A stretch of DNA of 63,184 nucleotides, counting the filler, from Trichomonas gallinae (Eukaryota), in the NCBI GenBank assembly GCA_008369845.1. It is 5 parts of 5 records of this genome, joined end to end, with 100 filler letters (N's around TTAATTAATTAA, not from the genome) between each part and the next. Parts side by side here need not be neighbours in the genome. Positions count along the whole stretch, not along the records: positions 1 to 28,395 come from MRSU01000442.1; 4 more parts are not named here. One strand, given 5' to 3'. A program made the translations under genes and the position numbers. Of the stretch, positions 11,226 through 20,849 are shown one piece after another; the first letter of the stretch is position 1; each line of letters opens with the position of its first letter. The notes below the pieces were generated by a model. It was given only the letters and a program-made list of their open reading frames with translations. It did no database searches and was not told the DNA's origin.

Positions 11226-12182
11226 TTAATAGCGCATGTATGATGTAATTGGGCGGCGAGTTCCGGCCTTCTTCTTTGGTGGGTCAATGAATTCAAATGT
11301 GCAGCGCAAATCTTGATCTACTCTTAACATTGCGCCGCGATTCATGAATTCTTCGCAATAATCTGGTGCAGAGAATACAGTAAGTACAGAGTGCTTAGGC
11401 ATGAATGGAAATTCGTATCCGCGATCAACAACTTGATGAGCTCTGCAAATAAGATCGAAATCGTTCTTTGTCAAGAACTTCTCTGCGATATCTGCGCCAA
11501 ATGAGAACGAAGTACCACGCTCAGAAGGACGCCAGCCAAGATGCTCATTTGATGGATCCGCCCAAACTAAATCTGCGAGTAATCCACCATCTGGGATCTT
11601 GAGTGGTCTGGAGAGTTTAGATATCTGAGATAAGTCCTGTAGTTCAGGAGATAAACCACCATGCACGCAGAAAATTCTATCACTGATAACTGCTGCGAGT
11701 GGGATGTAATCAAAGACGTCTGTGAACTTAGACCACATATCTGGGCTGTAATTCTGTGAGCATTCAGCGAAAAATCCGTATAATCTTGAAATATCTCTTG
11801 TTTCGTGATTTCCTCTGAGCATCCAGAAGTTGTTAGGATACTTTATCTTCAAGCACAGCAAGTACGTGAAGACTTCGACGGAGTTTTTGCCGCGATCGAC
11901 GTAATCACCGAGGAAAAGATAATTTGTCTGTGGAGGCTGACCGCCCATCTTTAAGAACTTGAGTAAATCGTAGAATTGTCCATGTAAGTCACCAATTACA
12001 GTAATTGGTGACTGTAAGTTCAAAAGAATTGGCTCAGCCTTGAAAACTTTAATTGCTTCATTGCAGAGCCAATTTAAGTCACCAACATCCATTTTAATGC
12101 GTGTATCTTTGGGAAGGGACTCAGCGCCTTGCAGTTTCTTGAGTAATCTCTCAAGGCGGGGATTAGTGTTGCCGTTTTCCAT
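11226..12182 (-). CDS. PP1-like Ser/Thr protein phosphatase catalytic subunit
   Basis: GDLHG, GDYVDRG, RGNHE, HGGLSP, WADP, RAHQVV, TVFSAPDYC motifs. Confidence 0.93.
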   Translation of the reverse strand: MENGNTNPRLERLLKKLQGAESLPKDTRIKMDVGDLNWLCNEAIKVFKAEPILLNLQSPITVIGDLHGQFYDLLKFLKMGGQPPQTNYLFLGDYVDRGKNSVEVFTYLLCLKIKYPNNFWMLRGNHETRDISRLYGFFAECSQNYSPDMWSKFTDVFDYIPLAAVISDRIFCVHGGLSPELQDLSQISKLSRPLKIPDGGLLADLVWADPSNEHLGWRPSERGTSFSFGADIAEKFLTKNDFDLICRAHQVVDRGYEFPFMPKHSVLTVFSAPDYCEEFMNRGAMLRVDQDLRCTFEFIDPPKKKAGTRRPITSYMRY

Positions 12183-12931
12183 TTTGTAAAAAAAATTAGG
12201 GGATCATTTCTAGATTTTTTTTTTTTTCAATGGTTGAGTGACCTACTTAGAAATTTTTTTCTTTCATCTTAAATGTAAAATAATATAATACAGCTATTTC
12301 CTTCAAAAATTACATGTCAAAATTCAGTTTATAATTTTTCTAAATTTTGGGAAATTTCAACAAATAATGCGTAGATTTACCAGCACACTTTTATAATAAG
12401 TCCCTCATTATCTTTCCTAATATGGTACTAGTTATTGCATTACGATTCTCTAAGAGAGACAACAAATTTGGCTAATAACGTATTTTTTTTGTCTACTTTA
12501 CACATCAAATTATATAATTACGTGTCAAAATCAGTTTTCCAAATCATTATTGTTCTAATTTTGCGATCATTTTTCTTGCATAATCAAATGGTGAGTTCAT
12601 TGTCATTATTTATACTATATTCATTAAATTATTATTTGATTCTTTTATTGTACAAATGAGATCAATCATGATGAAAAAAAAATTTACATGTCAAAATATA
12701 GAAAGAAACTTATCAACAACTAACAATATAAGTCTGCGTGGGTTTGTATACTTATTTCATTTGGCATAGGATCAAGATATATATAGAGAAAAGATGGCAT
12801 TAAGGGTTCAAATTTTGGTATCTACCGGATGTAAGAAAAAATGAAATTTCACAATTTGAATTTTTTGAAGGGAAAATAATCGTAAATAAGGTTAAAATGA
12901 TAAACTTGGCATAATCTTTCTTTAATCTATT

Positions 12932-13426
12932 GTTGTAGCTGTCAAATAGGGAAATTTTACAACGTCAAAATTGTCGGATATATTTGAAAAGTGAAAGGAT
13001 ATAAATGACATTGTAAATTTACAAACATCGAACTTTAATACCTTAAAGAACACGATTATGGTAAGCTCCCATTCTCGAACAGCGCAAGAGCATCACTAGC
13101 CAATTGCACTCTTTGGGGCTGAGAGCTTACCAAAATCTTGTTCTATAAGGTTACTCAATATTCAATCAATATTTGAATACTGAGTATCTATTTTTTAGAT
13201 CTATTTGAATATATCCATTTTTTAGATCCTGGAAAATCCCAGGATTATTTCCAAATTTGCATCCCTACTTCCCCTGTTTTTTTTTTTAAAAAAAAAAAAG
13301 ACAATTCATAATTTACATGACAACCAACTTTTCATGTCACTTTTATTAATGTAATTCTTTCAAATTTTGAAAGATAAATCTGACAATCTGGCATTGTAAA
13401 GTAAAACACTTTTTGACAGCTATAAC
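12932..13426. repeat. Imperfect inverted repeat (arms of about 70 bp) enclosing a hairpin cluster
   Basis: Left arm gttgtagctgtcaaatagg...tttacaacgtcaaaattgtcggatatat; reverse complement of right arm gttatagctgtcaaaaagtg...tttacaatgccagattgtcagatttat. 17 of the first 20 nt match. Confidence 0.6.
13040..13151. other. Long stem-loop (32-bp stem, 28 pairs, 48-nt loop): candidate ncRNA or element-derived palindrome
   Basis: ACCTTAAAGAACACGATTATGGTAAGCTCCCA pairs without gaps with TGAGAGCTTACCAAAATCTTGTTCTATAAGGT (4 mismatches). TATAAAT at 13000-13006. Confidence 0.75.
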
Positions 13427-13771
13427 CCCATAAATTGCTTTCCCTTCCGTTTTTCGCTTGTTTTGGTGTCTCTCCCTTCTCATGAATTGTAAAGTAAATC
13501 TCGTCATTTTCATAAAATTCATCTTCTCCCCTTTTTTTTCATAAACGTTATTTTCAATTTCATACTTTTCCGTTGGATATTAAAATTTTATAACATCGTC
13601 TTCATTAAATTCACCGTCATAATCCAAAACATTTAACATTGCTGCGAACATCTGGAAATTTCTTAAACGATATTTTCTGGATTCAATGCCTGCCTCATTT
13701 AAAATCTCTTTAACTTCTTCATTACTGAAACCCATATTTTTAACATCTGTTGTCTTCACTCTCTATGTCAT
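13332..13771 (-). pseudogene. Decayed ORF of unknown origin (possible Maverick/Polinton relic)
   Basis: TATATAAATG start context, then MT*RVKTTDVKNMGFSNEEVKEILNEAGIESRKYRLRNFQMFAAMLNVLDYDGEFNEDDVIKF*YPTEKYEIENNVYEKK, with a probable frameshift at an A/G run into GEDEFYENDEIYFTIHEKGETPK... Confidence 0.45.
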
Positions 13772-14320
13772 TTATATAAAAATAAAATTAATTCTCATAG
13801 TTTCTATCATTAATTTTCATAATTTTTAGTAAAATTTTTCATACTCTTAAAATAAATTTTCCATATATTTTCCATAAATTTTCTCTAAATTTTTAATCAG
13901 TACACTACCCTTAACATATTTTTATAACGTGCTGATTCACTTTCAATATTCAAAACAACCGTTTTCATTTATTTTCTTCATCTTTAGTCTTTACTCAATC
14001 CCTTCAATTATCACAAAATAACTTTACATCATTAATCAAATATTTTTATTTTTTTCTCAATTATTCCGCCCCTGTCGGCGTTACTTTGGAGGGGCTTAGG
14101 TGTTAATGACAAAAGTTATTATAAAATAAACATTTTCACTAGTTCTACGTTATTTTTTTTTTTTTACATTTCTCATCTTCATATATGAATTGATTTTTTT
14201 AGGCTTACTGGTGAAAACGGTTTTTGAGGAGAGTGAGGAACGTAAAAACGATACCTTAACTGAAGGATTTTAGGTGAACCCTGAAAAACACACTCCATAT
14301 ACTACTTTTAGTGGCAACAA

Positions 14321-15394
14321 ATGGCAAAATTTTACGTTGGTTCGTGTAAAAATATGTTGGTCACATTCGCACAGCTCTCTCTATGCGATAATAACCCTTT
14401 TCCTTCGTGTGAATATAAAAATTATCATGAAACAAGTGATATAGGAAGTCTTTTCATGCAATTCCTTGAAAAAGGACAAACTTATTGTTATAATTCTAGC
14501 TATTTGATAGCAGGTAATGACATTGAGGTTACACGAGCATATAGATACCAAATAAATGATGCATGGTCAATGAAAACATATTCGAATCCTTTAGCATTTA
14601 TTGATGCATCAAAGAATGGTTCAAATATTTACAAAGTTTCATGCAAGAATGGAGTTTCTCAATGCAGCTATCAAGTTGCACTAATTAAACCATCTGTATC
14701 TTATATTGTTCCAAATGCAGAATTCAAAATCGAAATAAAATCAGTAGAATACGTTACTACTAAGAATACCGGCAACAAGTCCTTCCATGTAAACTTTAAC
14801 TTCAAGGAAGGACACAGAAAGTACTATGAAGAACAAGGTATATATGTTTATCCTGATAATAGGCAATTCACAGTGACACTCGAAGGTAAATCCAAGATTA
14901 ACAACGAAAAACTCATTAAGAATGAAACGACAGGTGTATATGAAGCCTTTTCAAGTTCATTAGAAATTGATTGCCAAAATCAAAGACCTCCAATTGGTAT
15001 GAATTCAGGAGTATATGATCAGAATGGCACAATCTATGTTCAATATGTACACCGACCAATGCCAGCTGCATCGATTATCGCATGGAATTTTGATGAATTT
15101 GAAGCAATTCTCCCTTGTTTATCAGGAGTTTACACAAAAGACAACTTAGATAGCACAGGAAAGATATCAGTAGATCAATGCATTGATGGCAAGGATAATG
15201 ATGAAGGACAACCAAATAAAAAATCGAATACGTTGTTAATTACATTAGTTATAATTGGTATTATTGTTTTCATATGTGCAATATGTGCTGTGTATTGTAT
15301 GGTTCTCAAAGGAAAAACAAAGCATGGAAAGGAGATATTAACTACTGATGCCGAAAAATCGCAGCCGAACTTCTCTGAACCTGTCACAGAATAA
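14321..15394 (+). CDS. Type I membrane/surface protein, N-terminus probably disrupted
   Basis: C-terminal TM (LLITLVIIGIIVFICAICAVYCMVL) plus tail. A leader-like LIFLGLLV segment sits upstream at 14190 in a different frame and runs into a TAG. Confidence 0.65.
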   Translation: MAKFYVGSCKNMLVTFAQLSLCDNNPFPSCEYKNYHETSDIGSLFMQFLEKGQTYCYNSSYLIAGNDIEVTRAYRYQINDAWSMKTYSNPLAFIDASKNGSNIYKVSCKNGVSQCSYQVALIKPSVSYIVPNAEFKIEIKSVEYVTTKNTGNKSFHVNFNFKEGHRKYYEEQGIYVYPDNRQFTVTLEGKSKINNEKLIKNETTGVYEAFSSSLEIDCQNQRPPIGMNSGVYDQNGTIYVQYVHRPMPAASIIAWNFDEFEAILPCLSGVYTKDNLDSTGKISVDQCIDGKDNDEGQPNKKSNTLLITLVIIGIIVFICAICAVYCMVLKGKTKHGKEILTTDAEKSQPNFSEPVTE

Positions 15395-16150
15395 ATCTTC
15401 TATTAATATATCTTTTTAAATAATATATTTTTATTTTATAATATGATAAAACCAATGATTTTCATGAATTATAATAATTAACCTTAATTTTCAAAATATT
15501 AACCTTAAATTATTTGAAATTTCATTCATCATATTTTAACTATTGGTTCATAAATATCATAAACTCTTTACCTTCATATTTTATTTTTAATCTTATAATC
15601 ATGAATATATTAATATTTTATGGAAAATCGAAATTAAATTTGATCACAAAATCAAGTTATCATTGCCAAAGTTATAGAATAGCTTGCTTCTAGTATATTT
15701 ATGTTATATCTTAAATAGTTCATGTTGTTATATGTGAAAAACACTCTTATCAATTTGATCAGACAAAATAAGTAATGCATTCATCCAAATTGGACATGAT
15801 TATATGCATATGCATGCCCAAGTAAATCCATGTTAGAGATTTCCATTCAAATGGTTCATTTGTCTACAAAAAAATGGCATTCAAAATATACATAAATTAT
15901 TCAAATATAACCTTAATGTTTTGTCCTCCCTAAAACCAATTTTCTGTTATGTGCAGGACATATTGGTTTTATATACAAAATATTATGGTTTTATTTCATC
16001 CTTGTAAAAATCGATAGAATTTTACATGTTTTATTTCCATCAAAAACCTTTTAGATTAGCAGGATATATATCAAAAGATGCAGTCATTAGTCGAGAATTA
16101 AGAGCGATAATTAAATGTGATAGTTTTATCGTTAAAACACTTGTGATAAA

Positions 16151-16726
16151 ATGGGTGTAAATGCTAGTGCCATTTCACACGGCTATCTTGGCGAAGAGGA
16201 GGCAAACATCTTCGTCCAGCGCTCTTACTTCACATTGAAGCAGATCTATATCTTATCGCATAAATATAGACAGATGTCTAAAGATTCAAGAATTTCCTTG
16301 GCTGATTTTGAAGTCCAAATGAACATCCCTAACCATGAAATTGCTGAAATTTTGTTCAAAATCATTGATGAAGATGGTAGTGGTGAAATTACTTTCCCTG
16401 AATTTATTGAAGGTTTAAACAAGTTCCACCCAGAGGCTCCATTCGACGAGAAAGTCAAACTTTGTTTCAAAGCTTACGACTCTGATGGCAGTGGTTTAGT
16501 TTCCGCCGATGAAATTAGGAATATCATCCAGATCTCACTGAGAAACAATCAGTACTTGGATTTCACTGAACCACAAATCAATGAACTCGTTACTCAATTA
16601 ATCAACACATATTCTAGAACAAAAACAGAATTAACATATGAAGAATTCTATAATATGGTTTCCAAAGCACCTGGCGTCATTGAGGCTTTCGATATTGATA
16701 CAGATTTGCTTATTGAGCAGTCTTAA
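16151..16726 (+). CDS. Calcineurin-B / CBL-like EF-hand protein
   Basis: MGVNAS myristoylation motif; EF hands DEDGSGEITFPEF and DSDGSGLVSADE; FDEKVKLCFKAYD. Confidence 0.85.
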   Translation: MGVNASAISHGYLGEEEANIFVQRSYFTLKQIYILSHKYRQMSKDSRISLADFEVQMNIPNHEIAEILFKIIDEDGSGEITFPEFIEGLNKFHPEAPFDEKVKLCFKAYDSDGSGLVSADEIRNIIQISLRNNQYLDFTEPQINELVTQLINTYSRTKTELTYEEFYNMVSKAPGVIEAFDIDTDLLIEQS

Positions 16727-17281
16727 TTTTAGGAACGATAAGTTACTAATTTGAAAAAGCGCGTCTTTGTCATATTATTATCTGCATGATAAACTGACCA
16801 TTTATATTTTTATTTGTCCATATATGCCTGCATTAATTATGATTTTTTTCGCATATTTATATATTAGTCTACTGCGCTTAACAATGTATGTGATTGGAAT
16901 AGATGCATTTAACAGGATGAATTCGGGGATGATCGACTTAGCCTTATTTATAGGATAATCAAATTTTTCATGAACAAAATATTGGCCTTTATTTATAATG
17001 AAAGAAGCAATTTCCATATTTCTATGAGTTAATAGTGAATAGATATTCAAATGAACTAATACACATGTATTTTCCTTAGAACTAATATTAATTTTTGATA
17101 AATATAAGTTTTTATAGAGTTTCAAACATAGATTTATATTTACATTAGGCTTGTATAATGAAATGTTCGTATCAAATTGCGTAGAAATGGATGATCAGTA
17201 AATCTTTGAAATATGGAAAATTATTTAGGAAGAAGAATGTCAAACAGAAAACCAAGTGTATAACAAGCACTATAAACCGAT

Positions 17282-17700
17282 ATCGAATAATTAAAAGTAG
17301 TCAATTCAATCTTTTTGAGAGCATTTCTTAATTTCTTGGACCAAATAAGTCGTGATTTAAAAAATGTGGTTATTTAAACAATAAATATCAGAGATAAATA
17401 TAAAAAAGTCAACAGGAGTCGTTTGAAACATTTTCGGAGTAAATCTATGAAACATATAGGAATAGGAATGTCAACATATAAGAAAAGTGTCTAATTTTCA
17501 TCATTAACTGATATGGAAGAATCGAACGTAGTCAATTCAATCTTTTTGTTAACATTTCTTAATTTATTGAACCAATTATGTGATGATTAACGCAATATAG
17601 TTACATTAACTATCAACTATTATAATCTTACAGAGAAAGATCGAAGATAGTCGTTTAACACAATTTCTGAACATTTCATAATTTTTTGGATCAAATGAGT
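17282..17700. repeat. Degenerate direct repeats (period about 115/231 bp)
   Basis: GTAGTCAATTCAATCTTTTTG...CATTTCTTAATTT at 17297 and 17528; related (T)AGTCGTTT...CATTT units near 17417 and 17648. Confidence 0.7.
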
Positions 17701-18277
17701 CACAAATCACGAAAAATAGATATACCAACCGTCTATGTGCTTGCATGTCATCCCTCATAAAATGATACTAAAATTTTTTATGACTTTAGAATGTTTCTAA
17801 TGTTTTAATTCCAATAATATGTACCTTCAATTTCACTTAATCACTGGAATTCCCCAAAATGATTCAATATTGCAAAATTAATTTGTGTATTTCAAGTCTA
17901 TTATTAAGTGTTTTTTATATTTAATATGCATGTTATTATCGAATGTCTGTATCGGATTAAAACTTACAGAGATGTTTAGAGAGATTCAGATATTAAAAAG
18001 TCAATTTGTTTTTATTATAGTATTATAACTGCGAGTGACAGATTTATTAGCAGCAGGGATGTTTAAACATACTCTCTGCCAAAAAAAATAAAGAAAAAAC
18101 TATAAAAAATCAACCTCAAAATTAATCAAAAAGAAACATATAAAATGACCAAATAAAAGCAATGATTAAGTTTTTATCGGCCTCAGTTTGTTTGAAAAAA
18201 TCGAGTGAATTGACAGAAAATAACCTTATTAACAGAAATATTCAATTTTTTGAGAACTTAATCAAATTAATTAAAAA

Positions 18278-19306
18278 ATGCTTCTTTTAGGCTTATTGTT
18301 ATGGTCGATGGATGGATTGGACCCACATACAGCTTTCAGTGACTGCATGGTATTCTTTGAAAGGGATCAAAATGGAAAATCAAAGATCTACGGCCTTCCT
18401 GAGAATCTTACCATATGTTTGAACGGCTCTTGGATAATGGCAAGTGAATCCCCTTATGATGTGTATGTAGCTTACCCGAAATTAGCGTCCGAATCGCCAA
18501 AAAAATGGCGCTGGGACTATAAAAACAAAATTTCTTCTCCATTTGCTGTTCTGGGTGAATATTATTCGGAAACGCGCAGTGAACTTGAGCCAATTTCTAA
18601 GATCGTATGCAAATCAAAGTATTGCAAGATCCAGCTTCTTGAAGTTTCAATTTCGTATGAAGATACTATAATCGAAGTAGTAGATAACGTGAAAATAGAA
18701 AAGAAAATCGTGCATAGATCGTATATAACTACAATTCCTAAAGGAAATTTAACACATTCGATTCATAATTCGAAGAAAAAAATTAACGATTCTTACTATA
18801 AAATGAGGATAGAGAATTCTAGCGAGTTATTCTCATTCGCTGAGCAGAGAACAATGAGTTACAAGCGCGATGATGGAATTTCAATATGGAATTCACATAC
18901 AAAAGAAGATATAGACGAAAAACTTAATATTGGAGTCTTAGGAACACCTAAAACTAATGAATACAAATTAAGAGTTAGTAACAGCTATAATCCTTCAACA
19001 GATGACAAAGGAAATTATGAATATAATTTATCTTGGACTTTATCATGGGAAAAGAATGAAAGAGTTTCACGTAATGAAGAGCCAACAGAATTCATGTTTC
19101 CTGACGTATTCGGAGAATTTCCTATGAAACCTGGAATTTATTTTTCTTCATATTTTACTCCAACACTCGAGAGACATAGAGAATTCCCAGGATGGCTTGT
19201 TGCACTATCTATTCTTGGCATTGTTATGATTATGGCTGTAATTATTGCAATTCTCACACATCATATTAAGAAAAAGCGTCCATATCACGTTGTTGATACC
19301 ACATAG
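18278..19306 (+). CDS. Type I membrane/surface protein
   Basis: Short hydrophobic leader MLLLGLLL; C-terminal TM WLVALSILGIVMIMAVIIAIL; basic tail with YHVV (Yxx-phi). Confidence 0.75.
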   Translation: MLLLGLLLWSMDGLDPHTAFSDCMVFFERDQNGKSKIYGLPENLTICLNGSWIMASESPYDVYVAYPKLASESPKKWRWDYKNKISSPFAVLGEYYSETRSELEPISKIVCKSKYCKIQLLEVSISYEDTIIEVVDNVKIEKKIVHRSYITTIPKGNLTHSIHNSKKKINDSYYKMRIENSSELFSFAEQRTMSYKRDDGISIWNSHTKEDIDEKLNIGVLGTPKTNEYKLRVSNSYNPSTDDKGNYEYNLSWTLSWEKNERVSRNEEPTEFMFPDVFGEFPMKPGIYFSSYFTPTLERHREFPGWLVALSILGIVMIMAVIIAILTHHIKKKRPYHVVDTT

Positions 19307-19781
19307 AAGTCACTGCAAATATTATCAATACTGGGGTATTATATTTTTGTTCTTTCATTTCATCGATCTTGACAATCAATGAAATATATATTATTTATAC
19401 TATATATACTGGTGCTATATCCAGCATTATATTATCAATGCATTACATCCTGGAAATAAATTTGTAAATATAACATCATAAATGCATGAAATTCATTTTT
19501 CTCTCCTTATTTATCTCATTTTAAAATGTGGTTCAATATATCCTTATTCACAACAATGAAATATATATAGTGGTTTTGTTCTAAGTTTAAATATTAATGG
19601 ATTCTTGTGTTTTTAAAAAAATTTAGAGGTATAATATTTCTATATTGGATTGTCTAATAACACTCAGTCGCCAATTTTCATGTTTCATTTGTTCTTATTG
19701 ATAATATCCATTTGATGTTTGAGATTTTAGAGAATTGCTAAGAATATAAACCAAACATTTATTAACAACACTAATATATGT

Positions 19782-20528
19782 CTATTCTCCTACGAGAACT
19801 TCCATTAATTTCGAAAAACTTGGACTTGAAGAATATTTTGAAATACACGATGGATCGTTCTGTATTTCTTGGACCATCTGTGAAATCTCTTCATCTTGCA
19901 GTAATTCTAGGAATTCTGACGAATTTTTCTTTTCTTCAATTAATTCAGCGACATTTGGAAGTATTGAATGCTCTGTTGGACCAATAAATGTCAATGCTTG
20001 ACGAATAGATTGATCATCGGGCGAGATTTCCAAACCCGATTGATAAACTTGACGGGCTTCTGTTAATTTGTTCATGTTCCATAAACAGAAGCCTAATAAC
20101 AAGTATGTATGAGAATTGTTGGGGTTAATATCAAGACTCTTTTGACAAAATTCAGATGCAGTTTGAAAATTTGTTTCTTTAATTTCGATGTTTGCTAAAA
20201 TATTGTATATTTCTTCGGAATTAGGATTGAGTTCTAGAGCTTTTAATAGAAAATCACGCGCTTTATCATATTGGCCATATCCAAACTCTGTCTTTCCTAT
20301 TCTAACTAACTCAGTATATACATTCTCTTCTGATATTTCAGGAATATAACCGATCAAGTCTCCAGAGACCCAATTTGGAATTTCATCTAAATTTAGCTTC
20401 CAAACTTTAGCAAGAGTCTCCGCTGCACCTGAGAATGATCCATCTTCGTTTTTAATCGTTTTTGCATCACCTTCGAACCGTTTAATAAATTCAACAATCA
20501 AAGTTCGAAGTAAAATCTCTTTTTCCAT
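19782..20528 (-). CDS. SGT/Sgt2-like TPR co-chaperone
   Basis: N-terminal helix pair resembling the SGTA dimerisation domain, three TPRs (KALELNPN, SLDINPNN, GLEISPDD), and a C-terminal STI1/DP domain (LLQDEEISQMVQEIQNDP). Confidence 0.7.
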   Translation of the reverse strand: MEKEILLRTLIVEFIKRFEGDAKTIKNEDGSFSGAAETLAKVWKLNLDEIPNWVSGDLIGYIPEISEENVYTELVRIGKTEFGYGQYDKARDFLLKALELNPNSEEIYNILANIEIKETNFQTASEFCQKSLDINPNNSHTYLLLGFCLWNMNKLTEARQVYQSGLEISPDDQSIRQALTFIGPTEHSILPNVAELIEEKKNSSEFLELLQDEEISQMVQEIQNDPSCISKYSSSPSFSKLMEVLVGE

Positions 20529-20535
20529 TAAATAC

Positions 20536-20797
20536 TGTCAATTTTCAAAATTTTAAAATTTGTCACTTTTAATATATATCATTTGTCACTTTTTATAAGG
20601 ACAATTGTCATTTTTATCCTTTACCAAATGTCACTTTTATATGAAAAAAAATCGACACTTTTATAATCCATCAATTATCACTTTTGGGTATTTTTTAAAA
20701 TGTCACTTTTTATTAAGAAAATGGCACTTTTATGATCAATCGCATGTCACATTTTGTAAGGAAAATTTGTCACTTTTATATAAATCTTGTCACTTTT
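20536..20797. promoter_or_regulatory. Phased array of 12 TGTCACTTTT-like motifs (M2 AAAGTGAC / Inr-containing) in a divergent promoter
   Basis: Copies start at 20536, 20561, 20584, 20606, 20629, 20653, 20676, 20701, 20722, 20745, 20768 and 20788. Spacing is 20-25 bp with non-identical spacers. Confidence 0.8.
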
Positions 20798-20849
20798 CAA
20801 AATTTTATTTGAGAGTATTTGCGAGAATAATCGTTATTCTCGTAATTCA

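Noticed and set aside
13040..13151. SRP RNA, telomerase RNA or hammerhead ribozyme
   Set aside because: No SRP helix-8 motif, no telomeric template, and no CTGATGA/GAAA core.
14190..14320. Spliceosomal intron repairing the 14321 N-terminus
   Set aside because: No trichomonad GTAYGT donor or ACTAAC-ACACAG branch/acceptor motif seen here, and I noticed none elsewhere in the window.
20536..20797. CRISPR array
   Set aside because: The repeat is only 10 bp, spacers are about 13 nt, the host is eukaryotic and no cas genes are present.
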